64,000 nt of DNA from Camelus dromedarius (lineage: Eukaryota). Below are positions 23,780 to 37,630 of the stretch, piece after piece (the first letter of the stretch is position 1; the number at the start of each line of letters is the position of its first letter). The stretch lies in contig NC_087437.1 of assembly GCF_036321535.1 (NCBI RefSeq), positions 53,198,001 through 53,262,000 of the forward strand. The letters run 5' to 3'. The notes beneath the pieces were generated by a model. The model saw nothing but the letters and a program-made list of their open reading frames with translations. It was not told where the DNA came from and did not search any database. The position numbers were made by a program, and so were the translations under genes.

Positions 23780-24335
23780 ATTCAGTTTATTTAAACTAAA
23801 AAAAAAAAAAGAAAAAAATCATCTCCTTAACCCTACCTGTTCCCCAGCCACCAATCTGTTCTCCTGTGTATATCTATGAGCTTGGTTTTTTGTTTTTTCT
23901 TATATCACATACAAGAGAGATCATACAGCATTTGTCTTTCTTTGTCTGACTTATTTCATTTACCATAATGCCCTTAGGTCTGTCCATGTTGTCAGAAATG
24001 GCAAGATTTCATTCTTTTCTATGGCTGAATAATATACACAATACACACACACACACACACACACACACAATTTCTATATTCATTCATCCATCAGTAGACT
24101 CTCAGGTTGTTTCCACGTCTTGACTATTGATTATAAATAATAATACAGGGGTGCATATATTTTCAAATTACTGTTTTTGTTTTCTTCAGGTAAATACCCA
24201 AAAGTGAAATTGCTGGATCATATGGTAGTTCTAGTGTAAATTTTTTGAGGAACTTCGAAACTGTTTTCCATAGCAGCTGGACCAATTTACATTCCCACCA
24301 ACAGTGCACAGGGGTTCCCTTTTCTCCGCATTCTC
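23780..24335 (-). mobile_element. L1 3' fragment with a (CA)n tract at about 24043-24069
   Basis: gagatcatacagcatttgtctttctttgtctgacttatttcatt...gctggatcatatggtagttcta...acattcccaccaacagtgcacaggggttcccttttctcc. Confidence 0.85.
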
Positions 24336-24759
24336 ACTGTGGCCATGAGTGCGGCACTTCTATTTATTATCAAAATTGGATGCTGAACATTTTCTTCTTG
24401 CTTCCATTGGGTAACAGCAGCCCTAGCTCCTCCTTATAATTGAGCCAGTTACCTGCCAGGATGCCAGGATGGTGACTCCTTTCCTTGCCTACTGTTCTCT
24501 TGGCACAAGGACTCAAAAGTGGTCCCCTGCCAGCCATAGCTCAAAATTGAATGGGAACCTTGCTAAGTCCCCTGTTGGAAGCATTTTCTCTCTGAAAATC
24601 AGAACCTCTAAACCCATAAAGCTCAGTTATGGAGATGGAAAACACAAATTCTCCAAGTGTGTGGCTAGAAGTGATGGTGAGTGGGCAATTCCTAATTCTA
24701 TCCCTTGGTTTCCAGACCCATGTATTCTGCCTACTGAGGACACAGCACCACGTTATGAC

Positions 24760-25020
24760 AGTTGGTTTCGAGCTTTCAAAGTTTTAGTCTCAGGACCCCT
24801 ATATATTCCTAAAAAATTATTGAGGGCCCCCACAGAGCTCTTGTTTATGTGGGTGGCAACTATTAATACTGTATTAGAATTTAAAACTGAGAACATTTAG
24901 AAATGCTCCTTTTCATTTGAAGAAAGCAGGGAGGAATACATTGCATGTTAACAGAAATAACATCTTACTGTAATTATTATGAAATTACTTTTGACCTCAT
25001 AGAGCCCTAAGATCCACTCT
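24760..25020. mobile_element. hAT-Charlie DNA transposon fragment
   Basis: gtctcaggacccctatatattcctaaaaaattattgagggccccacagagctcttgtttatgtgggt...tattagaatttaaaactgagaa. Confidence 0.65.
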
Positions 25021-25224
25021 AAAGTGTCAGATTGTTCCAGAATATGAAAGAAAATAATAAGGGACAAAATTTGATAAATGAATTTTACTTGTTTTAGCTA
25101 ATAACACTTGAATCTTAAAAGAAGCTATGGAATGTATTAAAATGTTAGTAAAGTTTAGTCCACTTTAATGGACTTGCCTACTTTTCTTTCTTTCTTTTAT
25201 CTTTTTTTTTTTTTTTTTGATTCA

Positions 25225-27455
25225 ACAGGAGGTCTGTTTTGATAATACTCTAATGGAGCCAGAATTGGGAGTTATCTACAGTTTTGTGAAATTCTCAGGA
25301 CTATTTGCATTTGCAGAGCCATTAAGTTTTGCTACACACCAAAAAGATCTTGAAAGGAAAGAATTGTTACCAAGTGTCACTGTCATCTTTCAGTGACCAG
25401 CCTTTGGTGGAAAGTGTTACATTGTTGTGGTTGACTGGACTGGCCCCTTTGATTTACTGATCAACGCCTTTGCCAACAATATGAAGGGTTATTCTTCATT
25501 TGCCGACACAGCAAAAATTATTTATGTTAACTTTGTTATATCCTTGATTATTTAGGAAAAAAGAATCTTGTTTATGATAATTACATATACTTTACAATCA
25601 TGCTACTTTCTATTTTTAAAAAATTTATTGCTATTTTGATTAAACATTTAACTAAGTATCATTTTCAGGCGTCCATGACCCCATCTTAATTAAATGTCCT
25701 AATCTCCTCTAACAACTTTTTTGTTTTTGTCTTCCCCAAATCAGATCCAAAAATAGAAGAAATACAGCAAGAAAGAAAGAAAAAAGAGACTGTTTCAGGA
25801 TATCTTTTACACTGTAATCTATTTTGAGATTTCCCAGAGGGCCCCTGGAAAAATCACAAAGATTTGTGTTATGTCACCTTATGAAAAGAGAGCTGCTAGA
25901 AATAATTGAGGTTTTTTGATATGTTACTATTGTAAAGTTTCATGGGAAAAAAATTGTCAAATCAGAAGAGACAGCCTTCCTTAGGTTAAATGAGGATAGG
26001 TGAAATATTAATATAAAGATTTCAGAAATTATATGACTCATGGGCAGTCCCTGGATGCTTGTCAGTGTCCTCACTTTCCATAATATATTTTAACTTCCAA
26101 GGAAACTCTGAAGTAGACTCTGTCTAGTTTTCCTCTATTTGTCAGGATCTTAGTGGTGCTTTGCCTGATGTTAGACAGCAACAATAGTATAGTGTTATCC
26201 ATAATTTCAGTTAGTGTCTAAAGTATTAACTTTGACACAGTCTTTTAAATTTTGAATCTAATATCTTTTATGCCCCTGGTTTTCAATTAGAGATGCACAT
26301 CAGACTACAGAGTTTTACAAAAAATATAGCCATCTAGGACCTATGCCAGATTTACTGACTCTCTTCATATACCTGATATATTTTTATTCCTGGTATAATC
26401 TTGGTATATTATGTCTCAGGATTATTATGCTGTATCTGAAGGTTTATCCTCTATAAAATTATGTTTATACATTTTTATAAATCAAATATTCTCTAAATTC
26501 TCTGAAAATGGGCTTCATCATTGTTCTTAGAGACATATTGTCTAAAACTTGTTCTGAAATTGCTTTATCATCTTGTTACGCATGCCACAGAAGCAATCAA
26601 ATTTCCTTGTCAGTTACATTCTTCTTATTATGAACTCTCATTAGGCATTTATATTTGAAAATTACCAGTAATAAATTAACCACAGCCATTTTCTCTGTGA
26701 TTTAAGATAGTTTTTATTTTATCTGATGCTTGGCTGAAGGCTTTGCTATCAGCCATAGGACTGAATTTGTGTCTTCAAAAAAGATGGGCATTCTCAGAGC
26801 CCCGAGGGAAAGGACCATATCAGGTACTACAAACTATTGACACTTCAAAGAGTAGATTCTCAGGTACAGGCTTCTGATGCATCACTTGGAGAACTTTCAG
26901 GCCATACCTGACTGAGTCAGGATTTCCAGAGCTCTTTTCTGTGAAAAAGCATACAAGCTCATGAGACTGCTAACTCAAGATCCAGTAAAACAGGAATTAA
27001 TTACATAGGACTGAATGAGAAAATTTTTACTGTGATTATTGGTTTAGAATGTTGATGTTTAAATGTTCCATTTTCCAGATATAAAATCAAACAATTTTTT
27101 TCCTTCTGAAATTCTCTGTAATCCACAATAATTTAGTAAAATCTGGTTTTATATACTAAAATATAACATTTAATAATTTTACCTCATTCTCACTCATCCC
27201 CCCTGAAATCAGAAACACTTATTAAGTCTCCTTACTTTTCATGGCAATGTAGTTATTTATATAGATTCCATAAAAATCTGTCCTTTTTTCTAAACCAGAA
27301 TATAATTGGGAAAATCAATTCTGTAACCAAAGCTTTGCCTGGAATGTCATATTTGAGAATGATGCTCATTTAATGGTGCTCAGGGGGCCAATACTTATAA
27401 AGTCCTCCCAGGAAAACTGGCCTGGTACCTAGTTTACAAGGTCTCAACCTCAGAC
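25225..27455 (+). mobile_element. Non-autonomous ERV1 (MER4/MER34-group-like) internal sequence
   Basis: AT-rich and non-coding, with blocks gagatttcccagagggcccctggaaaa, ggaatgtcatatttgagaatgatg and ggaaaactggcctggtacct, recalled from MER4-group internal regions. Confidence 0.55.
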
Positions 27456-27459
27456 CAGA

Positions 27460-27945
27460 AGATCATTGCAAGATGTTTCACTCAAGTGTGCTGGCAGCTC
27501 CTCCCTGGCTGTTGGCCAGAGACCATACCTCCTGGACCTCTCCATAATGAGCCTGAGTCTCCTAGTGACATGGTCGCTGATTTGCCCAGACTCAGTCATC
27601 TGAGGGAGAGAGAACAAGGAGGAAGTCCCAATGCTTTTTTATGACCTGGTCGCAGAGTCACACTCACTTCCACCTTAATCTGTTTGTTAAATCGATTTCC
27701 TGGGGGGAGGGTATAGCTCAGTCTTAGAGTGCATGCTTAGCATACACAAGGTCCTGGGTTTAATCCCCAGTACCTCCATTAAAAATAAATAAATAAATAA
27801 ACCTAATTACCCACCCTCCCCAAAAATAACCTCAACCCAAAAGCGAGTTCTTAGGTCCAGCCCACATTCAAGGGGAGGGCAATTAACCACCACCTTTTGA
27901 AGGAAGGAGTATCAAAAAATGTATAGACACATTTTGAAGCCCATC
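27460..27945 (-). mobile_element. MLT1G/H-like MaLR LTR, interrupted by a SINE
   Basis: caatgctttttttatgacctgg...cacttccaccttaatctgtttgtta [SINE] ggtccagcccacattcaaggggaggg...ccaccttttgaaggaaggagtatcaaa. Confidence 0.7.
27702..27839 (+). mobile_element. tRNA-derived SINE, camelid type
   Basis: ggggggagggtatagctcagtc (A box) ... ggtcctgggtttaatccccagtacctcc (B box), (TAAA)n tail, degenerate TSD aaatcgatttcct / aaagcgagttctt. Confidence 0.85.
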
Positions 27946-28019
27946 CCAAGGGCAAACTGAGGTCCTGGCTTTTATCATTCTAGGCTCTATCCTTACCCTT
28001 GGGTATCTGTACAGTTTAG

Positions 28020-28560
28020 TGGCTAAAATGGTCCTGTAAACAAGTAGCAATAAAACAAAGCAGGTTGTAATTGTGTTATGATAGAGGCACCAAAAGTGCC
28101 AGGAAAAGAGACTAAGTCCAACTGGGATGACCAGGGGACTTCATGAGGGAAGTGGCATTTGACATGAGTCTTGAAGAATGAGAGGATTTGAATGGTCTGA
28201 GATTAAAAGCCAGAGTGATGGGTCAATGAAAGAAACAAGGTGAATCTTGGTACAGAAGCAGGAGACAGTACATGTTGGCTCTGGGGAGCTGATAACAAGA
28301 CTGTGTCACTAAAAACAATCCAAATCTTAAATGAGTGTTTAAAGAAGAGAATGGTGTGAGGGAAAGAAGGCTGTTTGGGGCTAGACAGTGGGAGACCTTG
28401 TGTGTCAGAGTCGGGACAGGAGAAATCCAGGAAAGGGTTCCGAATGGAACACTGGCATGGTTACATCTGTGCTTTAGAAGATCAGCCTGGTGATCGTGTG
28501 AAGACTGGGTCTGAAGGGGAGAGGCTCAGCAGCCACAGGGCAGGCTGCTGAGATCAACAA
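28020..28560 (-). mobile_element. L2 fragment
   Basis: ggacttcatgagggaagtggcatttgacatgagtcttgaagaatgag; catctgtgctttagaagatcagcctgg. Confidence 0.65.
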
Positions 28561-28576
28561 GCATCCTGCTCTTTCC

Positions 28577-28746
28577 ACAGTGTGGCTCAGAGGTGCTCTA
28601 TCCGGGCTGCACATTGGCATCCCCTGGGGGGCTTCTTAGACCTGGTGCCCAGGCCTCACCCCCCAGGAGTTCTGATCTAATTATTTGGAGGTGGGTTTAG
28701 GTACTCCGAGTGACCCTGATGTGCAACCAGGCTGAGAAGCACACCA
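28577..28746. mobile_element. MER5A-like MITE
   Basis: ggctgcacattggcatcccctggggggcttct...cccaggcctcacccccca...gatgtgcaaccaggctgagaagcac. Confidence 0.7.
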
Positions 28747-29114
28747 TGACGCAGCGAAGAGGCAGTCAGGGTATGAAGCAAATTCATCTCAGCTCCAGGC
28801 AAAATTTGGACTATTTCTCCCTTTGCCTCATTTTCTGAACTTCTCTTCTACCTCTTTGAGTCTTTGTCCCTCAGTTCTTTGTGTTTTTATTACTTTTAAG
28901 TTCCTCTTGGCTGTATCCCTATTTTGTCTGACTATTCTGTTCCTCCAAGTGTTTCAAGTTCTCAAATTGCCTGTCTTCTCCCATGACTCAGTAAACTTCT
29001 GTTTCCTCGGGGCATCTGATATCAACTAGACATTAAAAGGAGAGCAATCTGATTAAACTAATTCACACTAAGATGTGAATGACTGATAGCCCCACAACCC
29101 ACCTAAGGATATTT

Positions 29115-29241
29115 GATTTTTAATTTTTTTCTAACCTTTAAAAAAAAAATTTTACACTTATAGAAAAGTTACAAGAAAAAATAAAAGATTTTCTGTATAC
29201 TCTCTTTTGAAATATATTTGTTTTATTCTCTCTCTCTCTCT

Positions 29242-29281
<40 letters not shown>

Positions 29282-30210
29282 TTGTTTTGTTTTTCTGAAC
29301 CATTCTGGAGTAAATTTCAAGCTTATCCCCAAGTGCTTCAGTGTACATCTCCTAAGAACAGATATTCTCCTACACAGCCACAATACACTTGCCAAAATGA
29401 ATACATTAACATTGATACAATCTATCCTCTAATCTATAGACTCTACTGATTATCTCAATGATGTCTTTTATAGAAATGCAACAACAAAAACAAGGGGAAT
29501 ATCTTTACCCCTTTCCTCTCTGGTCCAAGACCCAACATCTGATGATGTATTGCATTCCATTATTATACCTCTTTAGTCTCTTCCAATCTGGGACATTTCC
29601 CCAGTCTTCACTTACTTTCCACAGTCTTAATAGTTTTGAAGAACACAGGGCAATCAATTTGCAGGCTGTCCTTCAAATGGGGCTTGTCTGATGCTTCCTC
29701 ACAATTAAATTCCAGTTCGTCCTTTGGCAGGAACACCACTGAAGTGATGCCGTGTTTTCTGCTCATCCTGTCGGCTGCCACTCAAGTGTCCACTTGTCCC
29801 ATTAATCATGCTGTTAACTTCTACCATTTGGCTTGGATGGTGTCTGCCAGGTTTCTCTGTAAAGGTAGTAAGTATTTTGTTAGTAATTGGTGACAATTTT
29901 GTGGGAATATACTGTGAGACCATATAAAAATCCTGTTCCTCAGCAAACTTCCGCCCATTTGTCTGGCATTCATTGATGATCCTTGCCTCAGTTCACGATT
30001 ACTATGGTGGCTACCCCATGGTGATTTTCTAACTTTATCATTTCTTCTATACCTGTTAGTTGGCTTCTACTATAAGGGGGAGATTTTCCTTTCCTTCCAT
30101 TTATCTGTTTATTTATATAAAATGGACTTGTGAATTCCTATCATATTCAATAGGTTGTAATAAATTAGTATCATTACTTATTTTGATGTCCCAATTGGCT
30201 CAAATTTGAC
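29115..30210 (-). mobile_element. L1MC/ME-type 3'UTR with (TC)n(CA)n at about 29227-29280
   Basis: cacttatagaaaagttacaagaaaa, ttctgaaccattctggagtaa, ctttggcaggaacaccactgaagtgatg, ttactatggtggctacc. Confidence 0.75.
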
Positions 30211-32109
30211 CAAAGAGAACTGTGTCCAGCGGGCTGTATTATTTGATTTCTAAGTGAGGTCGATTTTCCATTCAAATATGTCTCCAGATAGTACAAGTAA
30301 GGTCTTAAGAGCAAATGAAGTGGAAAGTTTAGGCAGCGTGCCAGAGGGTGATGGTGAGCAGAGTAGCCTTTACTGGAGCAGCGCATCCCAAACTGTTCCA
30401 ACTTCTCACAGCCTCTTCCTTCTTCCCTGTCCTAAAAAGGAATTAAACGCCAGGGCTTGGAGGAACCTTAGAGATCATTTGGGCCTACGGTTCCCAAACA
30501 CTGGCTTGTGTCAAGGGCTGTGTGACTGCAACCCCTGAGGAGCTGGCTTAACAGAACAGATGCTCCCCTGCTAGAGATTCTGATTCAAAGGGCAGGTCCA
30601 GGTGGGATGGGCATTTTGTGTATTTGTCGAGCTCCCCAGGTGACTCTTGTGTTCAGCACCCCCACCTTATACACACACACCCTCCTTTTAAGGTGAGGAA
30701 CCAGTGACCCAGAAAGGGTATCATTGTGCACCAGATCACACTGGTAGTGACAGAACTAGCAGGACACTCAAGGCTTCTTGGCTGGTCAAGCCCTGCTTTT
30801 TGCCTGCAACGTGGTGCCACCTTCCAGGTCTTTGAAAGCTTCAAAGTCTCTGTCCTTTGACAAACCTTACTGCAGTAAGAATGAGGACTTTACTGGCAGG
30901 ACAGGCAGTGTATAAGTTAGATGTTTGTAAACAGGAGGCTGCTTCTGCTTATTTACTTGATGATTACCTGCAATGTAGTTTGTTTATTTTAAACTGATCC
31001 CCAAAGTTCTATTATTGTAAACTGAAAATAACGATGCCCATGTCATAGAGTGGTTATGAACATTCATTTTAGAGATACTGAATAGAAAGACCTGGCATTT
31101 TTCCTAGCTTTTGCTGACACTTTTGCTAGAGAGCGCATTAATCATTTTCCCCGTCCCAAAATACTTGCACGCATGCGCAAGTGAATGCATCACTTACGAA
31201 AGCACTTTCTGTTACTACTTCTTCCTTTACTAACTGATCTCCTTCTGAGAATAGCAGCCATGTGCCCTTTCACCAAATAGAGGACAAGTGTAAGATAAAC
31301 AGATTCCATTGCATTGCACACCCATGTCCTCCTCAGGACCACTCCGAGTTGTGGGTCACAGGAATTTTACTATTAAAAAAAATTAACCTTTAAGCAAACT
31401 TTAAACCTGATAATCCAGGATCTCTATCCAATAATAGCTTAACCACTGGCTTTACAAATCCAGAAACCAGCCAATATTTTAAAGGCTTTGTGGACTACAG
31501 TGAAGGAGGGAGAACATGTGACAAACTGTGGATAACTGTGACATAGTGTCAGTCTGCTCAGGACCTCATGTGTTCTGCAGTTTATTTTTTCATTAAGGAG
31601 GCCATTTATTAAGCTTCAGCTCCCTCCCAGTGTGTTCCATCCGTTCTTCTCCTCAAGGAAATCTATAAAGCAGGCCCGTACCAGGGGGCCAGGGCGTCTG
31701 AGCACCTAGCAGGATTCCGTTTCTCCATCTTTACCTTGGCCTCCAGGATTGGATGGGCTCTGATGTTACGAGAGAAGGCGAAGCTAAGAAGTGATTTGGA
31801 GTGGGGACATTTAGGCCCTAGAGACAGAAACAGAGTGACTGATGAGGCTGTGTTGTCCTGGATGAGATACACCTGCTTAAACTTCTTGCTGGGGATGGAG
31901 CAAAGCAGTGACTCCTGTGTGTTTGAGTAACTTTAGCAAAGGAGATTAGCATCAGTGCCGATTACAAACCTCTGGCCTGCTAATATACAAGACAGTCACA
32001 AAAATCCAGCACTTAAGGGGCTTGTGGTGGTTTTAAAATGAATCCACAAATTCTTTGAATCTCCTCCCTTCAAAGCAGCCTAATTCCTTCTTGAGAGAGG
32101 CCTGTGTAC

Positions 32110-32225
32110 TTTTAACCAGTGGAAGGAAGCCAAGGTGAATCCGCTCCTTTTCTACGTGACTGCCCTTTAGATACGTGAAGTCGGTGATTATGCCTGCCAC
32201 CTCCCGCCCCACCACATCCTCTTCC
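32110..32225 (-). mobile_element. L3/CR1 3' ORF2 fragment
   Basis: Minus ORF 32033-32227 reads GIITDFTYLKGSHVEKE, resembling the CR1 C-terminal motif GDxIxVFKYLKGCHxEE. Confidence 0.55.
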
Positions 32226-32399
32226 ACTGGCTAAAGGAATCAGAAGGGGACACAGGACAATTTGAGGGGCCTGGTAAAGAGACATAGTCTGGAATTAGGC
32301 TACAATCTTTCATGCACCAACCCAAGAGGGTCTGGGTTCCGAGAGGCTTTGGGATATGGGTGGCACCTACACTAAACCACTAGATAATAATTCTATTAG

Positions 32400-32625
32400 T
32401 AAAACTAATAATAGTCATTAGCACTAACATAGCACTTACTGTGTGGCAGGTTCTGCTCTGTATTTTACATGTGCTAAATCGTTTAATCCTCACAACAGCT
32501 CATTATTATTGCTCCTTTCACAGATGAGGAAACTCTGGTGGTGACAACTTGCCCAAGGTCCCACAGCTAATAAATGGCTGAACAGGATTTAGAGCCATTA
32601 TATCCTAATCATGACTCAGTACTGC
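32400..32625 (-). mobile_element. MIR SINE
   Basis: agcacttactgtgtggcagg...tttaatcctcacaacagcc...cacagatgaggaaact...acttgcccaaggtcccacagcta. Confidence 0.85.
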
Positions 32626-33744
32626 CCTCCCTGTGGGTCTAGTTCATCTCAGAGCTGATTTGAAATCTGTACAGAAACAAAAATAATGGCTATTATTTAT
32701 TGAGCATCTGCTACGTGTCAGGATCTGGACTGAGTGCTTTGCACGCACGAGAAAATTAATGCTCACGGTCAACAGAATGCTTTGTTAAACAGTTATTCAT
32801 CATGCACTGCCACTTTGCTGGCCCATATGGGATCGTCACAGTGATGCAGGCTTGAGCCCTGCTCTCAAGAATTTTTCAGTCCTGGATGAATAAATAACCG
32901 CACTTTCAGGTGGCAGTTAAGTGTTGCTTTAGATAGAGCAATGGCACACAAACAGGGAGACGGGTATGACACAACATGAGGTGACTTCTTTTTGTAGGGA
33001 GCACTGGAGCTAGTTTTTGAAGGATGATCGCATTGTGGAAGACAGAGATGAGAGAACATTCTAGGAGGAGAGGCAGCACAGAAACTAAGATGAGGATAAT
33101 GAGGCTATGCTCTACCTGAAGATAAAACGCTGGGATGGAGCGATGGAGTGGTACTGGGGCTGTTTTTAGTCTAATCCCATGTCTACCACATGATTTTACA
33201 AGCACTCATGGTCTTGAGACTGCCATTCGTTTGTGATTACAGCAAATCCATCCTGGCCCCTAAAAGCTAAGGTCCTGTGTGGCCTTCACCTGCAAGCAAA
33301 TGAAAACTGTCAGGTCCTCAGAGCCCCCAGGACACTCATTTATCATGGTGAGAAATTTTGATATTAATAAACCCTTCCTCCTGGTGCAACTTCCTGTCAT
33401 CACCCCCGCCCCAACCAGTTTCTATTTGGAGAATAAAACTGGCAGAAAAGAGAGCTTCACACTCCCTGCAGACCTGTTAGATAAACACGCACAAACACTC
33501 CCAGCAACCATTTCACACCTAATGAATGGGAGGTGAAGGTGTTGGACTGCACGGCAGGAGATTTGAGAGCTGCTTTTGCTTGGATTCCCTCTCCCTTGGG
33601 CCTGGCAGCAATGGGCAAAACGAGACCCTTTCCCCACTTCCTGCATGGGAAGAGCCTTAGTTGCACTGGGGCAAAGTTGGGGAAAGCCCCCTCCAAGGAT
33701 AGCGCATGCTTTGAAAACCCACCCTTTTTGAGATCTCAGGGAAG

Positions 33745-35265
33745 AGGCAGATTCAGATTTTGTTGGGCCTGAAGCTTAAACCATCTGGGGGCCCTCTTTG
33801 AGAAAAAGAATACCAAGTTATGGATACAAAGTGATATTTGAAAGTCACTATTTATTTAGAATGAGAAAAAAAAAATCATAACAAATTTCAAAGCTTAAAA
33901 ACACTGACCAATACCATAAGCATCACAAAATCCAGAAAAAATGGTATTTTATTGCCTGACATATGACTAAAATATTTTTTCCTGCCTTTTTTGGCCCATA
34001 TACTCTTTAGATCATTTCTTCAAATGGCACCAATTTATTAATAGCTCTGCAAAGAGGAGGCCAGTCAGACTTATCTCTAGCATGTTTGCTCAAAATTGTC
34101 TTCTTATTGTTTCAAAAAACTTCTATCAACTTCACAACTCATTATTGGAAATGCCATGTAAATGTTTAAGACAGTTGTCAATTTGGGGAAAACTTCCAAG
34201 AAAATTTCTTTCCTATTTAAGTGTATATCAAGTTTTCTTTAGCAGTGACTAAACACTCCTTGAATTGAGAATTACTTACTGATTCATTAATCAGTTAGTC
34301 ATCCATGTCCTCACTGTAGAGGCATATCATGACTTGTACATTATCTTCATAGGAGTCAGTTTATCAGCAAAGAATGTAAATCTTTCTCCAATGTGTTCAT
34401 GCGATTCATTCCTCCTTGTTAGCTGGATTATTAAACAATCCAAGAGTCTGTTCATTATTATTCTATTGGAAAGTTATCGCTTCCACTTACTGAATTACTG
34501 CTTTTGATATGATTAAACATTTTTTGGTTATAGTTCTATCTTTGATGTCAGAATAATTTCCATTTATTTCATTGCTTTTCTTTTTTCATTGACTTTTTTC
34601 CCGAAATTTCTCTCAGTTCTTGAATACATGTATTTAAGGATAACAGAAGAAAGTAACCTTCACATATGCCAAAATTGGGAGTCTGTACACTCTTATTCTT
34701 TTTACTGAAATATTCCAAAATCTTTGCAGATTGAATTTGAATGACATACTGAGCTTTGTGAACTTTTAAGTAAATACCCTGTTTCTTATTTGTATTTGAG
34801 TTTCCCTTCTGAGTCTTCAAAAATATATTTTTGAGTCTTAAAGTTTGTTGTATCCATATAGCAAGACTTGAACCAATTTATAATGGCAGACGAGTCATTA
34901 TGAACATAATTTCAGTATTGTGTGCTGTAAGACACATTCACATTGAAATAAAACCTTTGGTCCTGCACATTCTGGACAGTAGACATATTCCTGGAAGCCA
35001 TTCCTACACCAGACAGCCAACAATAACTCAACTATACATGGAAGCGATAGTGATTTCAAACCACATAATTATATCCCAATAAGTGGAATAACTAAATTAA
35101 ATATGCCCCCAACTCAGTTTCCCCTTAGCCAAATATCCAAAATGCCCATGAGTACCACAACACTGCCTGGAATCAGGGAGAACATAATGGCAAAGAAGTT
35201 GCAAGTGGAAAGAGACAATTGTCTTAACCAATTTCAATAAAAAGTATTTACTTTCAAAGAAGTGC
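33745..35265. mobile_element. hAT DNA transposon fossil with a MER53-like terminus and long AT-rich interior
   Basis: ggcagattcagattttgttgggcctgaagcttaaaccatctgggggccctctttgagaaaaagaatacc matches the recalled MER53-type end. Confidence 0.6.
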
Positions 35266-35269
35266 TTCA

Positions 35270-35765
35270 CTTGAAAGAATCCCAATGACCAAGTCTGGAA
35301 TAATTTGAGCACCAAAATAAATAATGATAGTAATGGATTGTAACCTATAGAAAAGGTTCATATCCATGAGTTCATAGTGATATAAATAAAATAATTGATT
35401 AATTAAAGAAATGAAGGAAAAGGGATAGCTCTTACTTGTAGAAGATTTTCAATGAATAAAAGCAGAAGGGAATATGGAAATAGAAAGTCACCATTTGGCA
35501 AATACCATGATAATAATTGTTGTGGGCAAGAACATAAAGAGATGCTAAAATCAGTGGGCGAAAGTATGATGATAAATAGGATATTTATATAGTATCAAAG
35601 TGTCTCATCACATACTTAATAATTATTAGGGGGAAAAATCAGACTTTGCAGAAGTCTGGCAGCACCACTTTAACCAAGTGGTCAAAGTCAACATCACCAA
35701 TAATGAGACACATCAACATCCTGTACTACCTGATATAATGCCAGGGAAGAACATAACATCACTAT
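35270..35765 (+). mobile_element. L1MC4-like 3'UTR fragment
   Basis: ctggaataatttgagcaccaaaataaataatgatagtaatggatt...ccactttaaccaagtggtcaaagtcaacatcaccaataatgagacac. Confidence 0.8.
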
Positions 35766-37630
35766 CACATCTGTGAGCTCTTTAGGGGTCCAGTGGTTTG
35801 GGGCATGTAGGAACATCTCTTGAAAATAAAGGGCAAATGATTGCATCTCACATCTCCCATCACTAGGGAAGAAGCCAATGCCTGATAGGCCTTTTCAGAA
35901 TCTGGAGTCTGCTTAGTGATATTGCTCTGACCCATTTACCAGGTAGCATGGAAGACTGTTGGCTTGGAGTCACAGCAAGTCTAGGATGCAATGCATACTG
36001 CTTGGGTCAAATGATTGAGCAGACGCTATTGATATATGTAGTAGAAAAAAACCATCATGTGGAGCTAATGGCATGCTCCAAAAGGAGCAGCACAATGCAG
36101 ACCCCTAGGGTCCTGGAGCAAGGCCATGCCATCTGCAGAGGAGAGTTATACATCATTTGAAAAATAGCTCCTGGCATGCCACTGGCTCTGACAGAGAAGG
36201 AGCATCTGACAAATGACCATGTGGCCAAAACTACCCATCATGAGCTGGGTGGTGTCCAGCCTACCAAGTCATCAAGTTAGCAGGCCCAACAGCAATCTGT
36301 GTATGACAGAAGTGGTACCTCTGGGGTTGGAAATGAGCAGGGCCAGAGGGCATATGTAAAGTGCACTTGTAGATGGCCCAGATCCCTGTGTCATCCACCA
36401 CTGTGTTACTAATGTCTTGCCCTCAGATAAAATTTATGACCACATGGGGGATGCCTTACAGCCAAGCTGATGGAGAAAGAAAAAGGCTGAGATGGGTTCA
36501 AGGGTGTGTTGGCTTGGTTTGGCGATGCTAGCCAAAAATAGACTGCTGTGGCACTACAGTCCCACTCAGGTCAGTCCTGAGAAACAATGTTAAGGGGAAA
36601 TCCTCTCACTGGGCAGAACACATCGTCTTTCACTTTGTGTGAAATAGGAATTGAAGTGGGAATATACAGCTTACGGCCATGGAAAAGGATTAGGCTGGTT
36701 GGCCAGGGGGCCTGAAAGGAGAATGATTATAATACTGGAACCTGGAGAAGAGCATGTAGGTGAAACTCTGGGAGTAGACACGAAGAGTGAAGACCTTTGT
36801 ATTGCATGTTAATTCCCACCAGGGAGCACCTACTATAAAGGATGCACTAAACTCTGTAAGGATGGGGTGCTGTCTTCTTCAATGCAGTTAACACCCTAAA
36901 TCAAAGACTATTGTATGACTTGGTATCCCCAACAGGTACAATATATGTGTCTAGGAAGCCAGGGGTAGAAGTAGGAAAGGCCCTGCATACCATCATTCCC
37001 AGTGTCCACCTAAATAATTAATGCTTCTCATTGCTGTAGCATTAGGTTCTATAAATCTAGGGGTCCTGATTCCCAGAGGAAATCATCTGTACCTGGGAAC
37101 ATAGTAAGTGCCCCCATTAAACTTTAAGCCTCAGCTGCTGCCTGGTCACCTTGAGCTCCCTGTGCCCAAAGAAGGCCAGAAAAGGAGTCCCCATACTAGC
37201 AGGGGTAATTGACTCTATTTGTCAGGAGGATGTAGGGCTGCTGTTACACAGTGAGGGCAGGAAAGAATGAAGTTGATACCAGTTGATGTACTGAGGCTTT
37301 TCTTGGTATCTCCTGCCTCTTCTGGTGGTAAATTGATCAGTGCAGCAGCCGTGAACAGAGAACAGCCTACTAACCATCAGCTCAGGGGTGATGGTTTAGG
37401 TCATCTCATTCAGTCAAACACTTTGACAAGCAAAGTCAGCAGTGAGAGGAAGATACAATGGTTCATTGTGGCCTTGAGGTCAGCTGTAGCTACTTGGGTT
37501 ATAGATCATCCCTGTAATCTTCCTCTGGTAAGTGGCAAAGGGGACTAACCAGAATCCCAGAAGAGCTGCTCCCGGATGGACTGAACTTACTATATAAACC
37601 CAGTGGATTTTGTCAGTGCCAGCAGTAGAC
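35765..37630 (+). mobile_element. ERVL (LTR16-associated) internal region with decayed RT, RNase H and dUTPase
   Basis: Fragments resemble ERVL pol: LGVQWFGACRNI near 35780, RNase H-like TAVALQSHSG...GKSSHWAE near 36540-36620, and dUTPase-like PLNFKPQLLPGH...LAGVID near 37110-37215. Confidence 0.8.

Noticed and set aside
27702..27780. tRNA-like sequence, also at 47157 and about 55030
   Set aside because: A-rich tail, TSD and degenerate stems mark these as SINEs, not tRNA genes.
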